Shown here in pieces: positions 24,883-34,159 of a stretch of 60,131 nucleotides of DNA; position 1 is the stretch's first letter, and every line of letters begins with the position of its first letter. Under the pieces are notes generated by a model, which ran no database searches, was not told the origin of the DNA, and saw only the letters and a program-made list of their open reading frames with translations. The DNA comes from a virus. The translations under genes were made by a program, and so were the position numbers. The stretch lies in IMG/VR virus record IMGVR_UViG_3300030058_000001; one strand, 5' to 3'.

Positions 24883-25595
24883 CGACGGGGACGGTCGTTA
24901 AGGCGCTGGCATCTAGCGAGCCAACCGGCATCCGCACGGAGATCATCTGTTCTTACGACATCCCCAGGCTGTTCTACCAGCACGTCAAAGGGTCGGCCGT
25001 CTGTCACGCGAGCACACTCGGCAGCGTGGTTCGTTATGCCCTAGAGCTTGGATACACGTCACGAAAGAAGAGGAGCCTAATGAACGTTGACGAGGTTGTC
25101 GAAGACTGGAAACGCACCATCACAGGGCTGGCCACTGCCCACGACAAAGACCAGGCTGACAGGTACGAGGCTGCGATTGAAAAGTGCCTGGGTCCGATCC
25201 TAGCAGCGCCAATAAGACAGGTGCGCGAGTTCTGCCCGAAGCTGCTGGCCGCCCTCAAGGCTGATCCTGCTATCCCGTTCCTTGTGTGGCGCGGTTACGA
25301 ACTATGGGTGGAGCACATCATCTCCAAGGCTCCCGATGAGGACATCAAGCTGCTGCGAACAGACTTGGCGGCAGAGATCACGGCCATGGTCGAGCAGGAC
25401 GTCAAGGACCAACTTCCTGGCGCGCTGATACGGGCCCTGCAGTGGCGATCACCAGAAACGCTCTCCGAGGTCAAAGACGCCGTGGTCGATGCGAAGGCGC
25501 GGGGAGAGAAGCCGCGGCTGCGCGGCCGCGAGAGTTGCCTCTTCCTGGAGCTTGGCGGGACCGAAGAAAACCCCGCGGTGTGCGTGCAGATATGA
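24879..25595 (+). CDS. hypothetical protein
   Basis: 238-aa ORF with ATGA overlaps on both sides. Confidence 0.55.
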   Translation: MTTGTVVKALASSEPTGIRTEIICSYDIPRLFYQHVKGSAVCHASTLGSVVRYALELGYTSRKKRSLMNVDEVVEDWKRTITGLATAHDKDQADRYEAAIEKCLGPILAAPIRQVREFCPKLLAALKADPAIPFLVWRGYELWVEHIISKAPDEDIKLLRTDLAAEITAMVEQDVKDQLPGALIRALQWRSPETLSEVKDAVVDAKARGEKPRLRGRESCLFLELGGTEENPAVCVQI

Positions 25596-25915
25596 CGAAA
25601 CGCAAGCCGAACAAGGAACTCGAGGCCTACTTCCGTCACGCAAAGAACACGCTGTTCCCGAAGGTTAAGAGCGCGGCGGTTTCAATTACAATTCTGAACT
25701 CGACGCCAGATCCAAAGCTTTGCATGGAGCTGGGCGCGAACATCCTTTTCGACAAACCAATTATTCTTTGGGTTCCTGACCGGGAGATGTGGATACCTGA
25801 AAACCTGCGGCGCGTTGCCACCGCTATCGTGTTCGGAAGCACCTCGGACCCAGACACGCAGCAACGGATACAGGCCGCGCTGACAGAGGCCATGAAGGAC
25901 AAGAGAGCACAATGA
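25592..25915 (+). CDS. hypothetical protein
   Basis: Start at the ATGA overlap 25592. Confidence 0.5.
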   Translation: MTKRKPNKELEAYFRHAKNTLFPKVKSAAVSITILNSTPDPKLCMELGANILFDKPIILWVPDREMWIPENLRRVATAIVFGSTSDPDTQQRIQAALTEAMKDKRAQ

Positions 25916-26181
25916 GAATCGTCGTCCGCGTCTTTGTAGACCAGAAGTTGATTCTCCGCGAGAACCTTGACGTTAAGGAGGAGGATCTTGATCAGCTTCT
26001 GTCGCTCTACGCCAAGAGACACGCCGCCGCAATAGTGACAATGCAAGGGTGGTCTCCGCAGTGTCTGCACATGATTGAGTTTGAGTGTCTCGATGAGCCG
26101 ATGGAGTCTCGCTTCCTGCGTTTCGGCACCGACTCCAGAATGATGCGTAATCCGATACCAATGGACCTGAATGACAACTAA
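25912..26181 (+). CDS. hypothetical protein
   Basis: ATGA overlap at 25912. Confidence 0.45.
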   Translation: MRIVVRVFVDQKLILRENLDVKEEDLDQLLSLYAKRHAAAIVTMQGWSPQCLHMIEFECLDEPMESRFLRFGTDSRMMRNPIPMDLNDN

Positions 26182-26851
26182 GACCAAGCCGCAATTGCTC
26201 GACCTCATCGACGCGCTCGCGCCAGTCGTGCGCAGGGCCATGCTCGGAAAGTTCACGTCCAACTGTTGTATCGCCACGTGCCGGGTCCTGCGCCGGGCCT
26301 TTCAGCACTTTGGCTATGAGCCTGAGGTACTGCCGGTTTCCGTGTACATCTACAACTCTGCGATGGCACGGCTGCTGCTTGCCGGCATACCGTTCCCGGA
26401 AGATGCGCGGGACAAGCAGCGCTTCTTTGCGATCTCCGGCGCCTGGGGCGTTGGCATCCTTCCGTCAAGCTCAGGGGTCTCGCGCTACCCAGCGTTCGGC
26501 GGCCACCTAGTGCTCCGCGTTGGACGAACACTGATCGACGCTTCCATCGAGCAGGCGCAACGCCCAGCAAAGAGCATCATGTTACCGCAACTGTTGTCCG
26601 TGGATCCTGAGCCTGCCTTCTTTCGCGGCCCTGCCGCTGGACAAAAGGCAGAATGCACCCTTAGCAATGGCGTCGTGGTTGTTTACGAGCGACTTTACGA
26701 CTACAGTTTTCGGTCGAGCCCAGATTGGAAGCGCGTCGGCACTCCATACGTCGAAATCCTGCACAAAATCATTGTCGAAACGAAACAAATGCTTGAGGTC
26801 AACAAACGATGCAATCCTGCGACGTTAGAAGCGCAACCCACGTCAAGGTGA
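26171..26851 (+). CDS. hypothetical protein, possible Cys-His-Asp (transglutaminase/papain-like) fold
   Basis: Ordered candidate triad: FTSNCCIATC ... FGGHLVLRVG ... LIDASIE. Weak, pattern only. Confidence 0.3.
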   Translation: MTTKTKPQLLDLIDALAPVVRRAMLGKFTSNCCIATCRVLRRAFQHFGYEPEVLPVSVYIYNSAMARLLLAGIPFPEDARDKQRFFAISGAWGVGILPSSSGVSRYPAFGGHLVLRVGRTLIDASIEQAQRPAKSIMLPQLLSVDPEPAFFRGPAAGQKAECTLSNGVVVVYERLYDYSFRSSPDWKRVGTPYVEILHKIIVETKQMLEVNKRCNPATLEAQPTSR

Positions 26852-27210
26852 AAGACGGCACGATCCAACGGATCGTGTCAAAGTGGGGGATCGATGAGGA
26901 AGGCCACCTGGCCAGGAATAGGGACGGCGGATTTGGCGTCGTTACCGAAGACGGACTTAGGGTGTCGATGTGGGAAGCATATGGATATTTTCACGTGGTG
27001 GAGGCGACCACCGAGTTCGTCTGGCCGTTAGTGTTGACGCGATCGCAGCACATGGCACTAACAAGCTTCCTGTCTGATTACATCCGCCAGCCTGAAGCTC
27101 TTGAGATGTCTGTCGATATGACCACAGACATCGAAACTACGCCTGCGGAACTGCTGGCGCTGGTCATTGCTATCAACCCGACGAAACGCATCACCGAGGT
27201 CACGAAATGA
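26809..27210 (+). CDS. hypothetical protein
   Basis: 133-aa ORF. Confidence 0.45.
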   Translation: MQSCDVRSATHVKVKDGTIQRIVSKWGIDEEGHLARNRDGGFGVVTEDGLRVSMWEAYGYFHVVEATTEFVWPLVLTRSQHMALTSFLSDYIRQPEALEMSVDMTTDIETTPAELLALVIAINPTKRITEVTK

Positions 27211-27482
27211 GAACGAAGGAAGAGAACACAGCGCGGCACCATGCAGCGATGCACGCGATGCAGACCGGCGTGGCGGCCACGATGAGACGCGATCCGCACG
27301 AGACTAACCCGAAGCATCTGCGCGTGGGCATCAATGCCGCGATGAGCGATCAGCGCGGCCTGGCGACGCTGCTCATTGCGAAGGGTATCTTTACGGAAGA
27401 GGAGTACTTCGAGGCCATCGCCGACTCGGCGGAGCAGGAAAAACAAATGTACGAGCGCGAGCTCGGCGTGAAGCTCGGATAA
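27207..27482 (+). CDS. hypothetical protein
   Basis: ATGA overlap at 27207. Confidence 0.5.
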   Translation: MRTKEENTARHHAAMHAMQTGVAATMRRDPHETNPKHLRVGINAAMSDQRGLATLLIAKGIFTEEEYFEAIADSAEQEKQMYERELGVKLG

Positions 27483-27486
27483 GCAA

Positions 27487-27711
27487 ATGGCGACTTATGC
27501 ATCGGTTACAACTCTGAGCCGAGATGGCCAGACGTTCGTTCGGGCCCTCGTGGTCTGCGCGAAGTGTCGAACCAGTCATCCGCTCGATATTCCCATCGCA
27601 GAGTGGCAGCGCTGGCAGTCTGGAGACTTGGCACAGAACGCGCTGACGTCACTCGACCCAGCCCAGCGCGAGCTGCTGATCAGCGCGGAATGTGTGGCAC
27701 TTGCTGGATGA
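27487..27711 (+). CDS. hypothetical protein
   Basis: 74-aa ORF directly upstream of int. Confidence 0.45.
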   Translation: MATYASVTTLSRDGQTFVRALVVCAKCRTSHPLDIPIAEWQRWQSGDLAQNALTSLDPAQRELLISAECVALAG

Positions 27712-27817
27712 AGCTCTTTCCGAACGAGTGACGGCGCGGAAGCCTTCTGTTTTCAAGCACGGCGCTGCCGGTGTGATAGTCTCGACAGGTTTCGAGACTA
27801 AGAGGGAGAACGAGGCA

Positions 27818-28975
27818 ATGAAACTGACTAAACGCAGCGAGATTTACCACTATGCTTTTATACGCGACGGTGTGCGATACAGGGGAACGACGGGCACGGG
27901 GAACAGAAAAACCGCCGAGGCAATCATGCTGGAGAAGATTGATTCGCTCGCGAAGGGGAGGGCCGGCATTGTCGAGCGGCGAGACGCGCCAACCTTCAAA
28001 TCCTCGATGGATGCCTTTCTTGCCTACTCCGCAAGTAAGCATGCCGGAACGCCATCAACTCACAAGCGAGCCGTCGTCAGCTCCGTCGCGTTGCTGAAAC
28101 ACTTCGATCCGCAGACGTCGCTCGGCAACATCAACGTCGCCGCCGTCGATCAGTTCAAAGTTGCGCGCCTGAACGACTTCGCGACCGCACGTGGTAAGGG
28201 CCCGAACTCGCGTAAGAAGACAAAACGAAAGATCTGCCCCGCGACCGTGAATCGTGAGTTGGCTCTGTTGCGCATGGTCTTCAACTTCGCGCTTCGTGAC
28301 GACACCATCTTGCTCAGAACTCCGTTTCACAAAAATGGCGTCGAGTTTCTCGATGAGGACGACGACACCTTTCGCGTGATGACGTATCAGGAGTGTGAGC
28401 GGTATCTTGCGAACGCAACGCCCACTCTTTATGACGTCGCCTCGCTGATCTTGGAGACGGGGATGCGGCCGGGCGAGGTCTGCGCGATGGAGCCGCGGCA
28501 TCTTCATCTCGACCAGACGCACCCGGATCAGAGCTTCTACAAGGTGACGAAGGGCAAGACGAAAGCCGCGCGCAGAAAAGTGTCGCTGACGGCGCGAGCC
28601 TTCGCCATTCTGACCGCGCGGCTGGCTCACTGTAACGGCAGATTTCTCTTTCCCCACGAGCTGGACTCAGACAAGCCCATGCCGAAGATCAACAACGCGC
28701 ATGATCGCGCCCGCAAGGCGGCGAACATTGGCTACTTCCGGCTCTACGATTTTCGCCACACCTGGGCGACGCGATGCACCGAGGCCGGCGTCGACGCCGT
28801 GACTCTGGCGGCGAAGCTGGGACACTCCAAGCTGACGATGGTCTTACGCTACGCCCACCCGGGCCAGGAGCATCAGAACGAAGCGACGGCGAAGCTCGAA
28901 AAGTATCAGGCGCCCCGTCAGGCGGCCGCCCAACTCGCGCAGCTCAGCGAGATGAAAAACCAAACGATTCAGTGA
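27818..28975 (+). CDS. int: tyrosine recombinase / phage integrase
   Basis: C-terminal catalytic region ...LYDFRHTWATRCTEAGVDAVTLAAKLGHSKLTMVLRYAHP (R...H-x-x-R...Y). Start set to ATG 27818 (MKLTKRSEIYHYAF...) with GAGG upstream. Confidence 0.9.
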   Translation: MKLTKRSEIYHYAFIRDGVRYRGTTGTGNRKTAEAIMLEKIDSLAKGRAGIVERRDAPTFKSSMDAFLAYSASKHAGTPSTHKRAVVSSVALLKHFDPQTSLGNINVAAVDQFKVARLNDFATARGKGPNSRKKTKRKICPATVNRELALLRMVFNFALRDDTILLRTPFHKNGVEFLDEDDDTFRVMTYQECERYLANATPTLYDVASLILETGMRPGEVCAMEPRHLHLDQTHPDQSFYKVTKGKTKAARRKVSLTARAFAILTARLAHCNGRFLFPHELDSDKPMPKINNAHDRARKAANIGYFRLYDFRHTWATRCTEAGVDAVTLAAKLGHSKLTMVLRYAHPGQEHQNEATAKLEKYQAPRQAAAQLAQLSEMKNQTIQ

Positions 28976-28982
28976 CGAACGG

Positions 28983-29007
28983 GAAAAAGTGACACAAATT
29001 CGACACT
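28983..29007 (+). repeat. Putative integrase arm-type site on the int-proximal arm
   Basis: gaaaaaGTGACACAAattCGACACtt shares the TGACACAA core with 29191-29247. Confidence 0.45.
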
Positions 29008-29053
29008 TAAAAATTCTCGCTGTCGTTCAGAAGTCGCCTAAGTTGTTGAAGGG

Positions 29054-29100
<47 letters not shown>

Positions 29101-29190
29101 AACGCAATCTACGGCTTGGCGTTTTTTGTAGGAGCTTGGAACCTATAGTAAACAAAGGCGGTGCCATACAAGAGCTACAAAGCGCAACAA

Positions 29191-29247
29191 GAAAAAACTG
29201 ACACAAAAATGACACAAATGGAAAAAACTGACACAAAAATGACACAA
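29191..29247 (+). repeat. Two tandem 27-nt direct repeats (30-bp period), each with two TGACACAA boxes; putative integrase/Xis arm sites
   Basis: gaaaaaactgacacaaaaatgacacaa occurs at 29191-29217 and again at 29221-29247. Confidence 0.75.
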
Positions 29248-29259
29248 CAGTTGAAGCGC

Positions 29260-29289
29260 GCGGGGTCTACTCAGACCCCGCTTTTTCTT
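29260..29289 (+). terminator. Rho-independent terminator
   Basis: GCGGGGTCT-actc-AGACCCCGC followed by TTTTTCTT. Confidence 0.6.
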
Positions 29290-29464
29290 GCCTCTTAGAA
29301 GCCCCCCTCTAGCTCCCGCTGCACATTCCCTCGCCCCGAGCGTCTGGGACCGCTTAGGGGTCATCCTGACGCGCTGGCGCAGCGCCCTGAGCCTCGCTTT
29401 GCAAGTCGATTTGCAGACTCCGAGAAGGGTGGGCACTGAGGGTGCCAGAAGCGGCCGTTTCGGA

Positions 29465-29492
29465 TTGACACCTTGCGGCACGGTGCTAGTCT
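29465..29492 (+). promoter_or_regulatory. Sigma-70-like promoter candidate for 29535..30335, followed by a small inverted repeat
   Basis: TTGACA (29465-70), 16-nt spacer, TAGTCT (29487-92), then CTGAC-ctgtaa-GTCAG at 29493-29508. Confidence 0.35.
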
Positions 29493-29534
29493 CTGACCTG
29501 TAAGTCAGAACACACTAAAAGAGGAAAGCAAAAA

Positions 29535-30335
29535 ATGAAGCAGCTCAAACGAAACTCACTGATGCAGCGCGGTACGGGAATCTTCCCCTGCGAAGCCTGC
29601 GGACGCAAGACGCGCGAAACGGGAGCGCAGTCACTTTCGAGCCGTACCTGTCCTGAGTGCTATGAAATCGCCGGGATTGAAAACTCGCTGTCGGATGGGC
29701 ATTACGAAGGCGACGCTGGACGAGACGCGCTAATCGCCGAGATTGCAGCCCTTCAGACTGTCATCATCGCGAAGGGGGGCAAGCCAGAACCAAGCGACTA
29801 CCTGCTCCCAGCATCGCCAGCGGCCAGCGAGCGCAAGGCACTTGAGAGTGCGACGCCCGTGCCGCCAGCGCCCACCGATCCCTGCTCCGTCTGCGGCGGA
29901 TTTGTTTGCTTCAAGGCATGCGAGAGAGCCATCACAGCGATGACTGACGAGCAACTGAAGCCCTATGCTGCCGAATACTTCAAACGTCTGGGAGCGATTC
30001 GCACGCCCCCACCCAAAGTCGAGCGCCCCTGCAAGTATTGCGGGAAGCTCTTCGGTGCTCGCGAGCTGCGTCAGCACAACAAGCCGAAGTGCAAACAAGA
30101 GCAGAAGGCCGGCATCGAGGCCGCGGAGGAGGCGAAGCGCTTTCAGAAGGCGGTGAAGAAATTCTTCATCGGTGGACTCGATCTGATGGGGCAACATCGC
30201 ACGGTCGCCGACCTCGTCTTCGGTATGCGGCACGAGCTCGACTTGCACGCGGAGGGCGAGACGAACGACCTCAAGACCGCTCGCGATTTGAATCGCGCCA
30301 AGGCTTACGTAGCGGAATTCGGCGGTGCCGCTTGA
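29535..30335 (+). CDS. multi-zinc-finger protein (CxxC ribbons plus a C2HC finger)
   Basis: FPCEACGRK...TCPECYE, CSVCGGFVCFKAC, and PCKYCGKLFGARELRQHNKPKC (the same finger as in 5758..5994). AGAGGAAA Shine-Dalgarno sequence upstream. Confidence 0.6.
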   Translation: MKQLKRNSLMQRGTGIFPCEACGRKTRETGAQSLSSRTCPECYEIAGIENSLSDGHYEGDAGRDALIAEIAALQTVIIAKGGKPEPSDYLLPASPAASERKALESATPVPPAPTDPCSVCGGFVCFKACERAITAMTDEQLKPYAAEYFKRLGAIRTPPPKVERPCKYCGKLFGARELRQHNKPKCKQEQKAGIEAAEEAKRFQKAVKKFFIGGLDLMGQHRTVADLVFGMRHELDLHAEGETNDLKTARDLNRAKAYVAEFGGAA

Positions 30336-30488
30336 GGCTGACCTGCTCGAAGTGCGGTGAGTCGTTAGACGCCGACATGTTAGCGCTTCTCCAGCGTGAC
30401 CCGTGCGCATCGGCTCGAAGATGCTGCTCTGCCCCAAAGACGGGATGAGTCACGACTTCACGAAAGACAACCAGACCAAAGGAGCTGT

Positions 30489-30647
30489 ATGACCATCAGT
30501 AACGAGAGGGCCCAGACTATCCTGGCGAGCGAAGCCGATCTTCCATCGCTTTCGAGAGAAGTCACCGCGCACGGCTTCTTTGAGATATCCGCGCAGCGCT
30601 ATATCCGCCTGAGCGACGGCCACCGCGTCACAGTGCAGGTTCGGTGA
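30489..30647 (+). CDS. hypothetical small protein
   Basis: ATG 30489 preceded by AAAGGAG. Confidence 0.4.
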   Translation: MTISNERAQTILASEADLPSLSREVTAHGFFEISAQRYIRLSDGHRVTVQVR

Positions 30648-30842
30648 TGGAGACTCTGATGCTGACCGGCTGACGAGCTGCTGAGTCTTCTCATCAATGC
30701 CCGCTGGTTCGCTGGTTACGCAGTGAACTGGAAGAAGGTGTGCGAGGACGTCTATCGAGTCCGAACGAACTACCCCTACGTGATCTAGCACCAGCCCCCC
30801 ACAAACCACAACGAACTCACACCGACAGGAGAGCACCGTCTT

Positions 30843-31322
30843 ATGAACTTCACACTCAATATCAAGCTGGGCGAGCATGACGCTATGCAGCACGTCCACG
30901 ACGTAGCAGAGGCACTCCACGCAGTCGCCAGCACGCTCCAAGCTCACGGCATCGAGACGTCAGCAGACGAGCTGGACGCCTATGACCGCTCGCAGAACAT
31001 TCGCGACGTAAACGGGAACACTGTGGGCAACTGGATGCTCAGCGGTGACGCCCTAGACGCTCCCAAAGCGGTTGAGGGGATCATTCTCACACCAGTGGGC
31101 TGCTCCACCCCAGAGGGCGCCAGGCGCGTCAATGACACGATGCAACTCTTTAACGACTCGACCGCTCAAGTGGCGAATCTGGCTGATCGCTTCGTGAGCC
31201 TTGAGCCGCTGGTGAGTAACGAGCTGAGCGATGAGCTGAGCGAGCTACGGGCCGCGGTCGAGCTGCGCAACGAACGACAAGAGGCGTTCTTACGGGCGGT
31301 GGCGGGGGTGCCGGCGCGATGA
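30843..31322 (+). CDS. hypothetical protein
   Basis: 159-aa ORF; GGAGAGCACC lies immediately upstream of the ATG. Confidence 0.5.
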   Translation: MNFTLNIKLGEHDAMQHVHDVAEALHAVASTLQAHGIETSADELDAYDRSQNIRDVNGNTVGNWMLSGDALDAPKAVEGIILTPVGCSTPEGARRVNDTMQLFNDSTAQVANLADRFVSLEPLVSNELSDELSELRAAVELRNERQEAFLRAVAGVPAR

Positions 31323-31603
31323 GCAACCCTTTTCATAATCTGCTGATCGATGTCACACCCGAGCAAAAGGAAGCGCTTGAATGGGCCCTGGAGCTAGCGT
31401 TCGATGACCAGCAGCACTACCTGAAGGTCGGCGACCCGGTGAAAGACTACGGCGCAGAGTGGCCGGAGGCATGCGCGATAAAGGCAGCTCACTGCCGCGC
31501 CATCGCCGGGATGAGTCTCTATCGCGGCGAGAGCGAACAGTGGGAACAACTCGCGAAGGACTTTGAATCCACGCTACAGAAACCAGAAGGGACGGAGCTA
31601 TGA
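31319..31603 (+). CDS. hypothetical protein
   Basis: ATGA overlap at 31319. Confidence 0.5.
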   Translation: MSNPFHNLLIDVTPEQKEALEWALELAFDDQQHYLKVGDPVKDYGAEWPEACAIKAAHCRAIAGMSLYRGESEQWEQLAKDFESTLQKPEGTEL

Positions 31604-31821
31604 CAGAAGAGAGGAAGATACTGACGCGGGACGAGTACGCTGCGGGGAGTTCGCTCTACGCGGAGATGGGGGCGGCGCAAGCTGAACTCTGGGACAAAGC
31701 GCTTGAATTGGAAGAGATTCTTGGGGAGGGCGTCTCGACTATCAACGATCTGCTCGAAAGCGATTTCGATTCGCTGCTGGAGAGTCTGGGCATAGGCGTA
31801 GAAGACGCGAGGGGCGCATGA
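31600..31821 (+). CDS. hypothetical acidic protein
   Basis: ATGA overlap at 31600. Confidence 0.45.
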   Translation: MTEERKILTRDEYAAGSSLYAEMGAAQAELWDKALELEEILGEGVSTINDLLESDFDSLLESLGIGVEDARGA

Positions 31822-32148
31822 CCGACACTCAGCGCATCGCAGAGCTCAATGACCTCGCCCGGACGGCTATGGGGGTCGCCAGTCGCGTCCTCCAGACGCC
31901 TGGCATCAGCGCCCTGCCCCTTGCTGATCAGTCCCGCATCCGCGAGCTGGTCGAAACCTTCGACGCGTTTACACCCGGTAACAACCCGCATGGAGAGCGC
32001 GACTTCGGAGCCATCACGCACAACGACACCCAAGGTGTTTTGGAAGATCGATTATTACGACCGATCGCTTGAGTACGGAAGTGAAGACCCGGCGAACCCC
32101 GAAAAGACGCGCCGGGTCCTAACGATCATGCTGGCCAGCGAGTACTGA
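31818..32148 (+). CDS. DUF3768-like protein, split by a +1 frameshift near 32028-32035
   Basis: Frame 0: ...[25 protein letters not shown]. Frame +1: [38 protein letters not shown]. Together they give the contiguous DUF3768 signature (D/NPhGE.DFG ... FWKIDYYD ... RVLTIML..EY). Confidence 0.6.
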
Positions 32149-32350
32149 CAGACGATCCACTGAAGGGTACTCTTTTCACGCCGTTGCGTTTCAAGCGCAG
32201 CGGCGTTTTCTTGGCTCACTCGACCGGCCGGGGGTGCTTCTCGCGTCCTCTGCGACCGACTTTTTTCTTTTCCACAGGGTTCATGAAAGGCTCGGCGATA
32301 TAGCTCCCTTAACTGGCGCCCGATAGCAAAGACATCAAGAGAGGGAAAGG

Positions 32351-32623
32351 GTGACCAAAATGACCAAGAAGAAGGTGAAGTCGGCTTCAGCAAAGACGGA
32401 GGTAGTAGAGCCGCCGAAAGCGGACGTAATGCTGAAGGCGAAGGAAGCGGCGCAGATTCTTAGTTGCAGCGTGGTAACGATCCAGCGGTTGATCGACAGT
32501 GGCCAGGTGCCACACGTGCGCGTTGGCAACATCCAGCGGATCCCTCAGAGCAGCTTTATGAAATTCATTTCAGACAACACCAGAGGCGGACGCGACACAC
32601 AAACGAGAGGGGAGCAATCATGA
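32351..32623 (+). CDS. excisionase-family (MerR-like) HTH DNA-binding protein with a Lys-rich N-terminal tail
   Basis: LKAKEAAQILSCSVVTIQRLIDSGQVPHVRVGNIQRIPQSSF. Confidence 0.6.
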   Translation: MTKMTKKKVKSASAKTEVVEPPKADVMLKAKEAAQILSCSVVTIQRLIDSGQVPHVRVGNIQRIPQSSFMKFISDNTRGGRDTQTRGEQS

Positions 32624-32814
32624 TCACCGTTGGGGAATACGTGACGACAAAAGAAGCGGCCGAACTGCTTCGCGTGTCTCACTGGACGATTTCGGCGTGG
32701 CTCTCGAAAGGCAAACTCCAACGCGTCAAAGCCGGTGGGCGCACACTCATCAGACGGCAGGAACTGGAGAATCTCCTCCGCCACGGGAACGACGAGAATG
32801 AGACCCATGTTTAA
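32620..32814 (+). CDS. excisionase-family HTH DNA-binding protein
   Basis: YVTTKEAAELLRVSHWTISAWLSKGKLQRVKAGGRTLIRRQEL. Start at the ATGA overlap 32620. Confidence 0.6.
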   Translation: MITVGEYVTTKEAAELLRVSHWTISAWLSKGKLQRVKAGGRTLIRRQELENLLRHGNDENETHV

Positions 32815-33010
32815 GCAGCCGCAGAGGAGCCCTGCCCACACACAGACGCCGCCCCCTGCGGACCCTCACAAGTATCTCTCGACGGCGTGCTTTCACAAGC
32901 AACACGTTGACTGTCGGAAGACGTGCAAGTTTTGCGGGGCGGCATGTACCTGTGACTGTCATCGACCGCTTGATGACCGGTTGCCGACGCTCTTACCCGA
33001 TCACGACTAG
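32798..33010 (+). CDS. Cys/His-rich small protein (start 32798 or 32807)
   Basis: CFHKQHVDCRKTCKFCGAACTCDCH. Confidence 0.4.
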   Translation: MRPMFKQPQRSPAHTQTPPPADPHKYLSTACFHKQHVDCRKTCKFCGAACTCDCHRPLDDRLPTLLPDHD

Positions 33011-33960
33011 CGCGGGAAATCCAGTTGCATCGCGAACCAATCGAAGAAAATGTTAGTTGCAGGGCCAGCGTTGTTCCAGGCAAAGAAGCCAGGAGCATAA
33101 TTGGAAGCGCCGATGCCCGTTCCCGTAGCGACGCTGATGCCGTCGATCAGGAAAGTGACGGCCGTGCCAACCACAACAAGTTCAAGATTATGCCAAGCCG
33201 CAATCGCTGAAACGCCTGTATCCGTTTTGGTGACCGTGCCACCCACCACCACGAACGCCCACCAGTTATCATTTCCGTTGACGATATTGTCGTGGTGGAA
33301 AAAGACGCCGTTGGGCGAGGTTCCCCCGGTATTGTCGTACCATCCAAAGGTCGTGGTGCCACCCGCCGTACTGTAAGGACTGTTTACGATGCAGCAAGCG
33401 ACAATGGTCGCCGATACTGCCGTGGTAAGAGCGACGGTGGAAGCTGTGTTAGCTGGCCCGAGCATGACGAACAGCCACTGGCCGTTGCTGTTAGCTTGAA
33501 TGTTCCAATTGCCAGGATGATCCGCCGCATTCGAGGCGCCATTCGCAAAGTACGCTCCGGCTCCTCCACCATTTTGCCCCCATCCCAGCGCGCTCGAAAG
33601 GTTGGAAGAAAGAAAATCATCGAACTGCCAGGCTGCATTCGGCCCCGCGAAAGCGCCACTACCACCGCCACCAGAAGCCGCCGCGTAAGCAGGCGCGCCC
33701 GATACGATGGTCAACACCTGGCCATTGGCGCCCACAGGCAGCCGTCCAGGCGCGCCGCTCGCCCCACCGACGATGATGTCCCCCGCCGTGGTCATTGGAT
33801 TAGTGAGCCCGGCGCCGCCAGGCGTCACATCGACCCATGCCGTGCCACTATCGCGGAAAACGTGGAGCGTGTCCGTCGTGAAGTAAAGTCGGCCCGCAAT
33901 CGAGGCCGCCGGAATCGCCCCCGCCAGGCCCTCAAGAATGACGCTGCTAAGTGTGCTCAA
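33007..33960 (-). CDS. tail fibre protein with a Gly-rich stalk and a C-terminal globular domain
   Basis: N-terminal IAGRLYFTTDTLHVFRDSGTAWVDVT...GDIIVGGASGAPGRLPVGANGQVL is typical of fibre N-termini. Last gene of the structural block. Confidence 0.65.
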   Translation of the reverse strand: MSTLSSVILEGLAGAIPAASIAGRLYFTTDTLHVFRDSGTAWVDVTPGGAGLTNPMTTAGDIIVGGASGAPGRLPVGANGQVLTIVSGAPAYAAASGGGGSGAFAGPNAAWQFDDFLSSNLSSALGWGQNGGGAGAYFANGASNAADHPGNWNIQANSNGQWLFVMLGPANTASTVALTTAVSATIVACCIVNSPYSTAGGTTTFGWYDNTGGTSPNGVFFHHDNIVNGNDNWWAFVVVGGTVTKTDTGVSAIAAWHNLELVVVGTAVTFLIDGISVATGTGIGASNYAPGFFAWNNAGPATNIFFDWFAMQLDFPR

Positions 33961-34148
33961 TTCACAACTCCCAAGACCATGATTACGTCGCCTGCTGCAA
34001 AGATAAGATTGCTGTTTCCGTCTGTCAGAGGCTCGTCATGCGTGGTCGAGCTTCCGGAGCCGCCGCTGCCGCTTCCCGGAGGTCCGGAGAGATTTCCGAC
34101 CAGCACCCAGGCCCCGCCGACCTTGCGAAATACATCACCATTCGCCAT
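33957..34148 (-). CDS. small Gly/Ser-rich fibre-associated protein
   Basis: GDVFRKVGGAWVLVGNLSGPPGSGSGGSGSS. 4-nt overlap with the next gene. Confidence 0.45.
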   Translation of the reverse strand: MANGDVFRKVGGAWVLVGNLSGPPGSGSGGSGSSTTHDEPLTDGNSNLIFAAGDVIMVLGVVN

Positions 34149-34159
34149 GATTAAGCCTC

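Noticed and set aside
27692-27817. Integrase start at 27692
   Set aside because: That start overlaps the preceding gene and adds a non-conserved 42-aa leader. ATG 27818 has a purine-rich ribosome-binding site and gives the typical MKLTKR... integrase N-terminus.
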